DNA from: Spirochaetota bacterium
GTDB taxonomy: Bacteria; Spirochaetota; UBA4802; JAFGDQ01
Length of the DNA stretch: 64,000 bases
Direction of reading: 5' to 3'
NCBI GenBank assembly: GCA_043803405.1
Contig: JAZDKB010000019.1
Coordinates: 64,001-128,000, forward strand
The notes under the pieces are model-generated. The model saw only the letters and a program-made list of their open reading frames with translations. It ran no database searches and was not told where the DNA came from. Made by a program: the position numbers and the translations under genes. Below, piece after piece: positions 18,509 through 28,263 of the stretch; positions within the stretch are counted from its first letter, which is position 1; each line of letters begins with the position of its first letter.

Positions 18509-19183
18509 TCAGGCCATCATCTGATTTGCTTTGCTGATAAGGTCTTTCATGAGACTGATTGTCTGTTTGTAGTTTGACGTTCCGTAAATTCCGGACCCTG
18601 AGACAAAAACATTCGCTCCCGCTTTTGCTATCTTTTCAATATTATCAATATTTATCCCGCCATCCACGTTGATTTCTATATCCAGTTTATTTTTATCAAT
18701 AGTAGCGTGCAGCGTTTCTATTTTCTGAATAGAATTCGCAATGAATTTCTGTCCTCCGAATCCGGGATTAACGCTCATTATTAATACCATATCGACAAAT
18801 TCCAGAATATAATCGAGTGAAGACAGGGGAGTTGAGGGATTCACTGACACTCCCGCTTTTATCCCTCTTTCTTTAATGTGTGCTATTGTGCGGTTAAGAT
18901 GAGTCGCAGCTTCCGCGTGTACTGTAAGAATATCGCTGCCTGCATCAATGAATTCGTCAATATATTTATCCGGATCACTTATCATAAGATGAACATCAAG
19001 CGGCAGTGCAGTGATTTTTCTCACGGCTTTTACGATAAGGGGTCCGATGCTGATGTTCGGTACAAAATGCCCGTCCATAACGTCAATATGTATGTAATCT
19101 GCTCCCGCTTTTTCAACTGCTGTCACTTCTTCTCCCAATTTGCTGAAATCAGCAGAGAGAATGGATGGCGAAATCTTGCCCAT
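18509..19183 (-). CDS. rpe: Ribulose-phosphate 3-epimerase
   Basis: ISPSILSADF, HIDVMDGHFVPN, MSVNPGFGGQKF, VDGGI. Confidence 0.97.
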   Translation of the reverse strand: MGKISPSILSADFSKLGEEVTAVEKAGADYIHIDVMDGHFVPNISIGPLIVKAVRKITALPLDVHLMISDPDKYIDEFIDAGSDILTVHAEAATHLNRTIAHIKERGIKAGVSVNPSTPLSSLDYILEFVDMVLIMSVNPGFGGQKFIANSIQKIETLHATIDKNKLDIEINVDGGINIDNIEKIAKAGANVFVSGSGIYGTSNYKQTISLMKDLISKANQMMA

Positions 19184-19394
19184 AATTTACCGCCTTGTAT
19201 TTAGAATAAATATAAATAATAAAAGAAAAGCATCAATGTCAAATAATTTATTTTATGATTATATACGCGAAAATAAAAGGACTTCTTATTGAGTATGTAA
19301 AAATTAGATAATAGTCTGTAAAATATTATCCCGGGTTACAGCTTATCAATATCTTTTGGTATGAGTTTAAAAATATAAAGCACGTATGCTTCGT

Positions 19395-19567
19395 AGGGAT
19401 TGTATCAAAAGAATGCCACGGAGACACTGAGACAAAGTTTAACAATTATTTTATAGTATTATGGTATTAACTGAAGAGAAATTTCTTACTAAAATAACAT
19501 TATTCGAGTAAAGACCCTTTGTATCTTTGTGTCTCTGTGGCATTCTTTTATTATGAGACAAGCCCCT
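19395..19567. mobile_element. MITE/REP-like element with long imperfect terminal inverted repeats
   Basis: Left arm AGGGATTGTATCAAAAGAATGCCACGGAGACACTGAGACAAAG (19395-19437) matches the reverse complement of 19517-19567 (AGGGGCTTGTCTCATAATAAAAGAATGCCACAGAGACACAAAGATACAAAG). The spacer is AT-rich. Confidence 0.65.
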
Positions 19568-19602
19568 GCAAAATCCGCAAGACCTGGACATTCCGGTCAG
19601 AA

Positions 19603-21432
19603 TTACTCTACAGTCACGCTCTTTGCCAGGTTTCGCGGCTGATCTACATTACATCCTCTGAGCACAGCTATATGATATGCCAGCAGCTGAAGCGGGATTA
19701 CTGTAATAAGAGGCGCGAACATTTTTCTTACTCCCGGAACATAAATTACGTGATCGGAGTATTTTTTTACTTCTTCATCGCCTTCAAATGCAACCGCAAT
19801 GATCCTGCCGTTCCGCGCCCTTATCTCTTCCATATTGCTTATTATTTTGGAATACACTTCGTCCCGCGGCGCTATAATTACGACCGGCATGTCCTCATCT
19901 ATAAGCGCAATGGGGCCGTGCTTCATTTCGGCAGCCGGGTATCCTTCGGCATGAAGATACGAAATTTCCTTAAGTTTCAGGGCTCCTTCCAGCGCCACGG
20001 GGAACTGTATCCCGCGTCCCAAATAAAGAAAATTTTTATTATCTTTATATTCTTTGGCGATTTCTTTTATATAACCGTCGTTATTTATAATACTTTCTAC
20101 TTTTTGCGGGATTTCCTTTAAAAGATGAATAATTTCTTTTATTTCTTCGGCTGTTTTTTGCCTTCTTCTCGCAAGCAGCAGTGTCAGCAAAATAAGAACC
20201 GTTACCTGAGAAGTAAAGGCTTTTGTTGATGCAACGCCGATCTCCGGGCCTGCGTGTATGTATACACCGCCGTCGGTTTCGCGCGCTATTGTGCTTCCGA
20301 CAACATTTGTTATGCCGAGCACTTTAACCCCAAGCGATTTTGCTTCAATAAGACCTGCTAGAGTATCCGCGGTTTCGCCCGACTGGCTTATCACTATTGC
20401 CAGCTCTCCTTTTCTGAGTATCGGTTTTCTGTATCTGAATTCCGACGCGTACTCCACTTCAACCGGTATACGGGCGTATTCTTCTATCAGGTATTCTCCT
20501 ATGAGGCCGGCGTGCCATGAAGTGCCGCATGCTATAAAAGTTATCCGCTCAATGCTGTCAAGCTCGTTTGCTGTTAAGTTAAGTCCGTCCAGCTTGATTG
20601 ACCCGGTGTCCGCAAGTACTCTTCCCCTGAAAGCATTGGTAATTGTCTCAGGCTGTTCATAAATTTCCTTGAGCATAAAATGATCAAAACCCTGCTTTTC
20701 AATTGCTTCAATATCCCAGTCTACATCTTCAATTTTTTTATCTATTTTTTCTTTTTCAAGATTATAGGTTTTAAAATTATTTTTTTCGAGTTCTATAACT
20801 TCGCTGTCTTCAATATAAATTACTTTATGAGTATGCTCAATAATGGCACTTGCGTCTGAAGCAACAATCATTTCATTGTCGCCTACTCCGAGGATCAGGG
20901 GACTTCCTTTCTTTGCTGCTATGATTTTATTAGGCTCTCTTTTTGATATTATTACAAGTCCGTATGTGCCTTCCAGATGGGCAACTGCTTTTAAAACGGA
21001 ATCGAGCAAAGAAAATTTCTGATAATAATATTCAATCAGATGAACAATAACTTCGGTATCTGTTTCGCTTTTTATTGTGTGATTATGCGCAACCAGCATT
21101 TTTTTTATGGCGTTATAATTTTCTATTATTCCGTTATGCGCTATTGCTATCTCGTTGTTACAGTCTGTATGCGGGTGAGCATTGATGTCCGACGGCACCC
21201 CGTGAGTGGCCCATCTTGTATGCCCAATGCCTGTACAGTATTTTTGCAGTTTTGATGTGTCTACAGCCGATTCGAGCTGCGCGATTTTTCCTGTTTTCTT
21301 CTGAACATAAAGATCGCTGTTCACCAGAGCTATTCCTGCGGAGTCGTATCCTCTGTATTCAAGTCTCTTTAATCCGTTTATTATCAAACCTGCAGCCGGC
21401 CTTTCTCCGATATACCCGATAATCCCGCACAT
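19603..21432 (-). CDS. glmS: Glutamine-fructose-6-phosphate aminotransferase
   Basis: MCGIIG, LEYRGYDSAG, GHTRWATHG, SQSGETADT, QPRNLAKSVTVE. Confidence 0.98.
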   Translation of the reverse strand: MCGIIGYIGERPAAGLIINGLKRLEYRGYDSAGIALVNSDLYVQKKTGKIAQLESAVDTSKLQKYCTGIGHTRWATHGVPSDINAHPHTDCNNEIAIAHNGIIENYNAIKKMLVAHNHTIKSETDTEVIVHLIEYYYQKFSLLDSVLKAVAHLEGTYGLVIISKREPNKIIAAKKGSPLILGVGDNEMIVASDASAIIEHTHKVIYIEDSEVIELEKNNFKTYNLEKEKIDKKIEDVDWDIEAIEKQGFDHFMLKEIYEQPETITNAFRGRVLADTGSIKLDGLNLTANELDSIERITFIACGTSWHAGLIGEYLIEEYARIPVEVEYASEFRYRKPILRKGELAIVISQSGETADTLAGLIEAKSLGVKVLGITNVVGSTIARETDGGVYIHAGPEIGVASTKAFTSQVTVLILLTLLLARRRQKTAEEIKEIIHLLKEIPQKVESIINNDGYIKEIAKEYKDNKNFLYLGRGIQFPVALEGALKLKEISYLHAEGYPAAEMKHGPIALIDEDMPVVIIAPRDEVYSKIISNMEEIRARNGRIIAVAFEGDEEVKKYSDHVIYVPGVRKMFAPLITVIPLQLLAYHIAVLRGCNVDQPRNLAKSVTVE

Positions 21433-21556
21433 AATATTTAAAATCTCCTGTTGTTATTTTGTAAACAGATTAAAATTAATAATTATTGTCCCGAAGAATA
21501 TTTTAATATCTTTAGGTTTTGAGATGCACTCTAGGTATGTTAATACATTATATCAA

Positions 21557-22363
21557 TCATTTTTCTTTTTCGCGGGTAATATAAATGTCGTTTTCCCATG
21601 TTCCTTTTTTTATTGCGCCGTTGTTGTAAATAAATGTTCCGTTGCCGTGCATTTTGTTGTCTTTCCACTGGCCTTCATATTTGTCTCCATTTGCCCAGAT
21701 GAAGACTCCTGCTCCTGTTCTTTTTCCTTCAAACCATTCTCCGGTATATTTATTTCCATTATTCCAATTCATGGTTCCCTGGCCGTGCATGTCATTGCCC
21801 TTCATTGAGCCTGTAAACTTATCTCCGTTAGGCCATATAATTATCCCGAAATCTTTTCGTGTTCCGTTTATCCATTCTCCCTCAAGTCTTATGCCGTCGG
21901 ACCAGCTGTAAATGCCCTTGCCGTGCATGGCGTCGTCTTTCCATTGTCCTGTGTATTTATCGCCGTTTATCCATGCGAGCACGCCTTGCCCGTTCTTTTG
22001 ATTGTTCATCCACTGGCCTTCGAACCTGTTTCCGTTAGGCCATGTATAAATGCCATGCCCGTGCATTTTATCATTTTGCCATTGCCCTGTGTATTTTTCT
22101 CCCTCAGTCCATGTAAATGTTCCGGTGCCGTGTCTTTTGCCTTCTTTGAATTCGCCTTCATATTTGCCGGATGGGCTGACATATACTCCGGAAGTATCCA
22201 TGCAATTCCCGCTTATGCATTTGCCCCATTCGCCTTCAGCAGCGTAAAGCTGTCTGCATCCGGACATTAGCATGTTTATGTATGCTGATTTGGAAGAAAT
22301 ATTAATATATTCAGGAAAGAATAATAAAAACATCGCAGCTATAATTATTAATTTTTTTGGCAT
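21557..22363 (-). CDS. MORN-repeat exported protein
   Basis: About eight 23-aa repeats (KYTGQWxNDKMHGxGIYTWPNG), a CISGNC cap and a hydrophobic N-terminus. Confidence 0.9.
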   Translation of the reverse strand: MPKKLIIIAAMFLLFFPEYINISSKSAYINMLMSGCRQLYAAEGEWGKCISGNCMDTSGVYVSPSGKYEGEFKEGKRHGTGTFTWTEGEKYTGQWQNDKMHGHGIYTWPNGNRFEGQWMNNQKNGQGVLAWINGDKYTGQWKDDAMHGKGIYSWSDGIRLEGEWINGTRKDFGIIIWPNGDKFTGSMKGNDMHGQGTMNWNNGNKYTGEWFEGKRTGAGVFIWANGDKYEGQWKDNKMHGNGTFIYNNGAIKKGTWENDIYITREKEK

Positions 22364-22677
22364 AGTATCTGTTATCTGTCGCAGAATCCGATCATATTAT
22401 AATTCATTATCGGATTTTATTCCTGAATTAATCAAGAGTCAAAGAAATTTTATTGGCAGGGGATCAGAGTCTGTTTTACCGGCTTATTCAATGTATCATT
22501 TCTAATCTGCCGATTCAGGTGCTTATACATATAATTCTTGACTTTTAGCAAAATTTGATTAAATAATATTAGTTTAAATATAAAATCGCATAAAAAATGA
22601 AACAGGATTTAACGGCAAAAAGTTTTATTTAAAGCGCTTCTTGCTATGAATTTAAATATCAAAGAGGATAATTGTTT

Positions 22678-23952
22678 ATGAGTAGAAACTTAGTGTATGC
22701 ATTGATTATTTCTTTTTGTTTGTGTACCGGCGCTTTCGCAGCAGGAGTGGCCAACAACACTATCGGCCTTCAGGAATCCGAGCGCTGTTCCTTTGTGGGG
22801 ATCGCGAACGATTCTTCTTCAGTAGCGCACAATCCTGCCGGATTAACGAACATCCCTGAAGGCAAGTTCGACGCGGAAGTCTGCGTCCTGTATAATTTCA
22901 CTAAGTTTACTTATGAAGACACAACAGGCAGGGAGCATGTAAGCGATGAGCCGATAATTCTGCCGTCTGTATTTGCTGCAAAATCAATGGGCAATATTGC
23001 TTTCGGTTTCGGCGTTTATTGCGCGAACGGCACAGGCGAGATGAAATATTCGAACGTTCCGCTTATAATGTCACTGTCGGGAAATAATATTAATACAAGT
23101 ACAGATGTTCATGGCGAAACATATTCTTTGTGCTTTTCTCCTGCTATAGCATATAAGATTTTGCCTAATTTATCGCTTGGATTGACTATTGAAACTTTTT
23201 ATGGGAAGTCTTATGCTAAATATGTTGTTGATACTCTTGATGTTCCCATGTCAGGCGGTAATATGAAAACTGATGAAAAGACAGATGGGTTCGGTGGGGT
23301 TGATGCCAAGCTGGGTTTATTCGCAAAATTAACTAATGAATTAAGTTTAGGGCTTCTTATTAAAACGCCTGCAAAATTGAAAACAAAAGGTACAAGGAAA
23401 ACTGAATACAACTCAGTACTTGAAGCTTTACCTTTACCAGAGCCATTACGTGATAAAAAAGAAGATGTAAAAATCACTGAAAGAGTTCCGTGGTACTTTA
23501 TGTCTGGTATCGGGTATAAATTTTTATCGAATCTGGACGCAAGCCTGGACTTCGGATACAGATTGTGGAGCAAATATCAAAAGACAGTGAAAGTTGCAGG
23601 AGCTGAAGAAGCAAGTTCAAGTGTTAATACAAATACGCTGAAAGATGCCTATGTAGTCGGGTGCGGTGTTAAATACGGAATAATCTCTGACCTTAATGTA
23701 ACCGCAGGATTTATGTATGTTCCTACAGCAAAGAGAGATAAGGACGTTAAATTTGCAGAAACTGACTTCGACCAGACACTAACTTCGCTCAGCGTTGCTT
23801 ATAAAGTGATCCAGGAGTTTGAAATTCATTTAGGATGTTCCTATGTCCATTCAATAGATAAGAGAGATGTGCCGGCAGGAAATTTAGGAGGAGGAGGGAA
23901 AGTCGATTCCAATACAATTTATATACTCGGAGGGGTAAGGGGAGTTTTTTAA
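22678..23952 (+). CDS. FadL/OmpP1-family outer-membrane transporter
   Basis: Signal peptide AFA, ANDSSSVAHNPAGL motif, beta-barrel pattern, C-terminal Phe. TTGACT at 22538. Confidence 0.8.
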   Translation: MSRNLVYALIISFCLCTGAFAAGVANNTIGLQESERCSFVGIANDSSSVAHNPAGLTNIPEGKFDAEVCVLYNFTKFTYEDTTGREHVSDEPIILPSVFAAKSMGNIAFGFGVYCANGTGEMKYSNVPLIMSLSGNNINTSTDVHGETYSLCFSPAIAYKILPNLSLGLTIETFYGKSYAKYVVDTLDVPMSGGNMKTDEKTDGFGGVDAKLGLFAKLTNELSLGLLIKTPAKLKTKGTRKTEYNSVLEALPLPEPLRDKKEDVKITERVPWYFMSGIGYKFLSNLDASLDFGYRLWSKYQKTVKVAGAEEASSSVNTNTLKDAYVVGCGVKYGIISDLNVTAGFMYVPTAKRDKDVKFAETDFDQTLTSLSVAYKVIQEFEIHLGCSYVHSIDKRDVPAGNLGGGGKVDSNTIYILGGVRGVF

Positions 23953-24000
23953 CTCGCAGCTTTGCTAAGTAAATTTGTATAAATCATTTATCATTTTACA

Positions 24001-24037
24001 AAAAAAATCGGCGGTATCTGTATCACCGATTTTTTTA
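24001..24037 (+). terminator. Rho-independent terminator after the fadL-like gene
   Basis: A-tract, then the imperfect stem ATCGGCGGTAT..GTATCACCGAT, then a T-tract. Confidence 0.6.
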
Positions 24038-24055
24038 TTAGAAACAAATTTTTTT

Positions 24056-24084
24056 TTGATTTTTTCGGACACAGGTATTACAAT
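24056..24084 (+). promoter_or_regulatory. Putative sigma70 promoter of the che operon
   Basis: TTGATT-17 bp-TACAAT. Confidence 0.5.
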
Positions 24085-24098
24085 ATTTAATAAGTATA

Positions 24099-24173
24099 TG
24101 GTGAATAAATCGTCCAGACCGTAAAACATAGGATTTGCTCCGCCTGCGGACGGGAAAATCCTGTTATTCACCA
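24099..24173 (+). other. Nested-hairpin structured leader upstream of the che operon
   Basis: Stems TGGTGAATAA/TTATTCACCA, TAGGATTT/AAATCCTG and TCCGC/GCGGA. Confidence 0.55.
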
Positions 24174-24223
24174 ATAACTACTTAAGTTTTAATTAAGTTT
24201 TAAAAATTCAGCATGGAAGATAT

Positions 24224-25312
24224 ATGGAAAATCCGGCAGCAATTGAAAACACTAAAGAAGATAGCGGATTGATTAAATGCCTCCTTTTTATGGTCGGGAA
24301 CGACATCTATGGTCTGGAGGTTAATCGTATCCACGAGGTCATTGGATACAGCCAGTTAATCCATTTGACGCGCATTACAATAGTAAATGAATCGGTCTAC
24401 GGCATAATAAACCTGCGCGGTAAAGTAATCCCCGTGATTGATATCTCGGTGCGATTATACAACCGTAATACTGAAATAAGGGAAAGTACCAGTATAATTG
24501 TCATAGAAATATCGGACGGCAATGAGGATATTACTGTCGGGGTTATTGTAGACGGGGTTAGAGACGTTGCGAAACTGCCCGAAAGCGATATTGTGAATTT
24601 GCCGGAATTCGGAGCAAAGATTCGTCCGGAATTTATAAACAAAATAGTTAAAATTGACGATCTGTTTGCGGTAATGCTGAACATTGACCGGCTATTTAAT
24701 ATAGACGAACTTTGCGAGTTGACATTATTCGAGGCTAATGCCGGTAAGCTTATATCGATGAGATCCGGCATTCAGGAAGAGCTAACTTTTAATAATGACT
24801 CTGCGGAGAGCCGGAATGATGCTGAAGAGATAATCGAAGAACATGAATTCGTTACCTTTTCTATCGGAGAAGAAATATATGCGATAGACATGGAAAATAT
24901 CCAGGAGATTATGAGCATAACAAGAATGACGCGGGTTCCCAATACTCTGCAGTTTATGAAAGGAGTTATAAATCTCAGGGACAGCATTGTGCCGGTTGTG
25001 GATATGAGGGAGAGATGCGGTTTCGATTATAAAGAATATGATAAATTTACGCCTGTTTTGATAATTGAATGTGATGATTTGCTGATCGGGCTGGCAATCG
25101 ATTCGGTTAATGCGGTAATTAAATTTCCGGTCGATAAAATCCAGTATCCGCCGCATTACAGCGCAAAGATCGATTCGGATTTTATCGAGGGTATGCTGCA
25201 AAATAATAATAAAATAATTATTATCTTAAATATCAGAAAAATATTATCACCGGAAGAGACTAGTTTTATAAGCAAAAATGTATTTAAAGAACAGGAGCAA
25301 ATTAATGGGTAA
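24224..25312 (+). CDS. cheW: Tandem CheW-CheW coupling protein
   Basis: Two CheW domains (GIINLRGKVIPVIDI and GVINLRDSIVPVVDM). Confidence 0.9.
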   Translation: MENPAAIENTKEDSGLIKCLLFMVGNDIYGLEVNRIHEVIGYSQLIHLTRITIVNESVYGIINLRGKVIPVIDISVRLYNRNTEIRESTSIIVIEISDGNEDITVGVIVDGVRDVAKLPESDIVNLPEFGAKIRPEFINKIVKIDDLFAVMLNIDRLFNIDELCELTLFEANAGKLISMRSGIQEELTFNNDSAESRNDAEEIIEEHEFVTFSIGEEIYAIDMENIQEIMSITRMTRVPNTLQFMKGVINLRDSIVPVVDMRERCGFDYKEYDKFTPVLIIECDDLLIGLAIDSVNAVIKFPVDKIQYPPHYSAKIDSDFIEGMLQNNNKIIIILNIRKILSPEETSFISKNVFKEQEQING

Positions 25313-25682
25313 ATTAATTTTAATTGTCGATGATACTGAAGCGATTCGTATGTCGGTCGGTTTTATTTTGCAGGAGGAGGGCTACGAATTGGTTGAAGCA
25401 AAGAATGGACAGGAAGCGCTGGATAAACTTAACAGCAGTAAAAAAGTGGATCTTATCCTCTGCGACGTCAACATGCCTGTTATGGACGGAATCGAATTCC
25501 TGAGGAATATAAAAAGAAACGAGGCATATTCTTCATTTAAATTTACGCCAATAATAATGCTTACAACGGAAGCAGGTGAAGATAAAAAAGCAGAAGGCAG
25601 GGAACTGGGCGCCAAAGCATGGATAGTAAAACCGTTTAAGCCTGAGCAGCTTGTTAAAGCGGTTAAACAATTGGTCGTGTAA
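25305..25682 (+). CDS. cheY: CheY-like single-domain response regulator
   Basis: ILIVDD, DVNMPVMDG, IIMLTTE, WIVKPF. ATG at 25305 after an AGGAG RBS. Confidence 0.9.
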   Translation: MGKLILIVDDTEAIRMSVGFILQEEGYELVEAKNGQEALDKLNSSKKVDLILCDVNMPVMDGIEFLRNIKRNEAYSSFKFTPIIMLTTEAGEDKKAEGRELGAKAWIVKPFKPEQLVKAVKQLVV

Positions 25683-25706
25683 TGTTAAATAAACGGGGGT
25701 GATTCA

Positions 25707-25994
25707 ATGAAAATTCAGGAAATAAAAAATGACAATGAAAAGATATCCTTCTCAATAGAAGGCGATTTAAGCATATATTCAGTTAAGGAATTAAAGAATA
25801 AACTTGAGAGCTATTTCGAAAACATGAAAAATATTGAGTTCGATCTTTCGGCAGTTGATAAAGTGGACACGGCAGGATTCCAGCTGCTGGAAATGCTGAA
25901 AAAGGAACTCGCAGGAAAAGATAAAACTTTTTCGATCATCAATCCTTCCAATGAAATTATCAGAATTTTTAATCTGTATGGCGAGGCATTATAA
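25707..25994 (+). CDS. STAS-domain protein (anti-sigma antagonist-like)
   Basis: IEGDLSIY, FDLSAVDKVDTAGFQLL. Confidence 0.85.
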   Translation: MKIQEIKNDNEKISFSIEGDLSIYSVKELKNKLESYFENMKNIEFDLSAVDKVDTAGFQLLEMLKKELAGKDKTFSIINPSNEIIRIFNLYGEAL

Positions 25995-26066
25995 AAGGCG
26001 AAGCATATTATAAATATAACAATATGCACAGATATATCTTTTTTCAAAACGCAGCGGAGAAATCAG

Positions 26067-28262
26067 ATGGCAGCAGCAAAATACAGTTTTGAAGACGCAA
26101 TAAATACATTTTTTATTGAAAGCAGGGAATTGCTGGAAGATATGGAAAGCGGGCTTCTTGATCTTGAAAAAGATAATTCGGATAAAGAATCGATTCCTGC
26201 CATATTCAGGGCTATGCACACCATAAAGGGATCTGCAGGGATGTTCGGATTTTCGGACATCGGCAGTTTTGCGCACGTTGTTGAGGATCTCCTGGATGAT
26301 GTCAGAAACGACGTCATTAAAATAGTTCCCGATCTTGTAGCACTTTTACTGCAATGCCATGATTATATCTTAAAACTTGCAGATTTTTTTGATAAACACA
26401 GAGACGGTAAAATCGATTCCGGGTTAAAGAACGACGCCGCAATTTTGCTGCGTCAGCTGCATTCATTTATGCCGAATTGTGAGGAGCAACAGCCGGTTGA
26501 AACGGCAGCGGAGGGAAAACCCGATAAACCTTTGAGCGATGTGCAGGTAATGAATGACTGCTGGCATATTTCATTGCGATTTGGCCCGAATGTTTTCAGG
26601 AATAGTCTTGATCCGCAATCCTTTATTTCGTACCTGGGACATATGGGAAAAATTGTTAAAATAAAAGCTATACCGGATGCTATACCTTCTATTGATAAAA
26701 TGGATCCTGAAAGCTGTTATCTTGGATTTGAAATAAATTTTATGGGTTATTCAACAAAGGAAAAGATAGAGGGAGTATTTGAATTTGTACAGGATGACTG
26801 CGTAATAAGAATACTTCCGCCGAAAAGCAGTTTAACTGAATTTATAAGGTTAATAGGAGAATTGCCGGAAGAACCCCGCTATATAGGAGAGATATTAACT
26901 GAAATCGGTTCGCTTACTAAAAAGGAACTTGCTGAAGTATTAAAGCTGCAAACAGGGCTGGGTAAGGATGAAGAAAAAAGACGCATCGGTGAACTGGTAG
27001 TAAATGAAAAAATGGTTCAGGAACCTGTTGTAGAGGCCGCGGTAAACAAACAGACAAAGATTAAAAAGGCCGAGGACACCAATAAAAAGACCATGAGGAT
27101 CGACACTTCTAAACTGGACCTTCTTGTAAATCTTATTGGCGAGCTGGTAATTTCCGGCGCTAATGTTGATCAGATGTCAAAGGAAATAGGAAGCCTTAAA
27201 TTAACGAGAGCTCTTTCTCAAATGTCAAAATTGATTACGGAGATTAGAGAGAATGTAATGAATATACGGATGGTTCAGATTGGCGAATCCTTCAAAAAAT
27301 TTGAGCGGGTAGTGCGCGATATCAGCCGTGAGAGGGGAAAGAAAGTGGAACTGATATTGAACGGCGGAGAAACCGAGCTTGATAAAACAATAGTTGAAAA
27401 GGTGACGGATCCTTTAATGCATCTTGTCAGAAACGCAGTTGACCACGGGATTGATACCCCGGAGGAACGTGTTCTTAAAGGCAAGCCTGCTGTCGGCATA
27501 GTAACTTTGAATGCGTTTCACGAGTCCGGAAATATTGTAATAGAAATAATCGATGACGGCAACGGGCTAAGAAGGGATAAAATAATTAATAAAGCTATCG
27601 AGAAGGGATTAATAAAACCCGAGCAGGCATCCGCACTTACTGAAAATGAATTGTTTCAGTTTATATTTGAGCCGGGTTTTTCGACTGCCGATAAGGTTAC
27701 GGATATTTCCGGCCGCGGTGTTGGAATGGATGTTGTCAGGAGGAACATTGAGTCGCTGAGAGGAGAAGTAGTAATTGAAAGCAAGGAAGGCAAGGGTACT
27801 TTGGTGCGGATTTACCTGCCGCTTACGCTTGCTATTATTGACGGATTTCTTGTCAGGGCGGGCACTTTATTTTGCATTCTTCCGCTTGCCCTGGTTTCGG
27901 AGTGCGCAACGATTTCGAAGTCAAAAAGCGAGCTAGTGATCTCGGAGAACGGCGATTACATTAACTTAAGAGGAGAGCTTGTGCCGTTTTTAAGAATAAA
28001 AAATTATTTTAATCAGGAATACAGGGATTCCGACAGAGAGAATTATGTAATTATAGAATATTCCAAAAAGAAAATAGGCCTTATAGTAGATGAAACCTTC
28101 GGAGAATTTCAGACTGTTGTGAAGCCTCTCGGAAAGATTTTTAAAAAACTGGAGTGGATAAGCGGAGCCACAATACTTGGCGGAGGGGAGATAGGCCTGA
28201 TCCTTGATATACCCAAGTTGATACAATACTTACAGACATCAGAAATGAAAAAGGCATCATGA
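26067..28262 (+). CDS. cheA: Chemotaxis histidine kinase CheA
   Basis: Hpt FRAMHTIKGSAG, DPLMHLVRNAVDHG, GFSTA..SGRGVGMDVV and a C-terminal CheW-like domain. Confidence 0.97.
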   Translation: MAAAKYSFEDAINTFFIESRELLEDMESGLLDLEKDNSDKESIPAIFRAMHTIKGSAGMFGFSDIGSFAHVVEDLLDDVRNDVIKIVPDLVALLLQCHDYILKLADFFDKHRDGKIDSGLKNDAAILLRQLHSFMPNCEEQQPVETAAEGKPDKPLSDVQVMNDCWHISLRFGPNVFRNSLDPQSFISYLGHMGKIVKIKAIPDAIPSIDKMDPESCYLGFEINFMGYSTKEKIEGVFEFVQDDCVIRILPPKSSLTEFIRLIGELPEEPRYIGEILTEIGSLTKKELAEVLKLQTGLGKDEEKRRIGELVVNEKMVQEPVVEAAVNKQTKIKKAEDTNKKTMRIDTSKLDLLVNLIGELVISGANVDQMSKEIGSLKLTRALSQMSKLITEIRENVMNIRMVQIGESFKKFERVVRDISRERGKKVELILNGGETELDKTIVEKVTDPLMHLVRNAVDHGIDTPEERVLKGKPAVGIVTLNAFHESGNIVIEIIDDGNGLRRDKIINKAIEKGLIKPEQASALTENELFQFIFEPGFSTADKVTDISGRGVGMDVVRRNIESLRGEVVIESKEGKGTLVRIYLPLTLAIIDGFLVRAGTLFCILPLALVSECATISKSKSELVISENGDYINLRGELVPFLRIKNYFNQEYRDSDRENYVIIEYSKKKIGLIVDETFGEFQTVVKPLGKIFKKLEWISGATILGGGEIGLILDIPKLIQYLQTSEMKKAS

Positions 28263-28263
28263 A

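Noticed and set aside
19519..20121. 200-aa plus-strand ORF, and similar antisense ORFs at 11739-12563 and 61167-61664
   Set aside because: They lie opposite well-supported genes and have no recognisable motifs.
21433..21556. glmS ribozyme upstream of glmS
   Set aside because: The short AT-rich leader has no recognisable ribozyme core.
21557..22363. DNA-level 69-bp periodicity, also seen at 61071-62243
   Set aside because: Fully explained by MORN protein repeats.
23965..24174. 69-aa minus-strand ORF
   Set aside because: It spans a terminator, a promoter and the leader hairpin; likely spurious.
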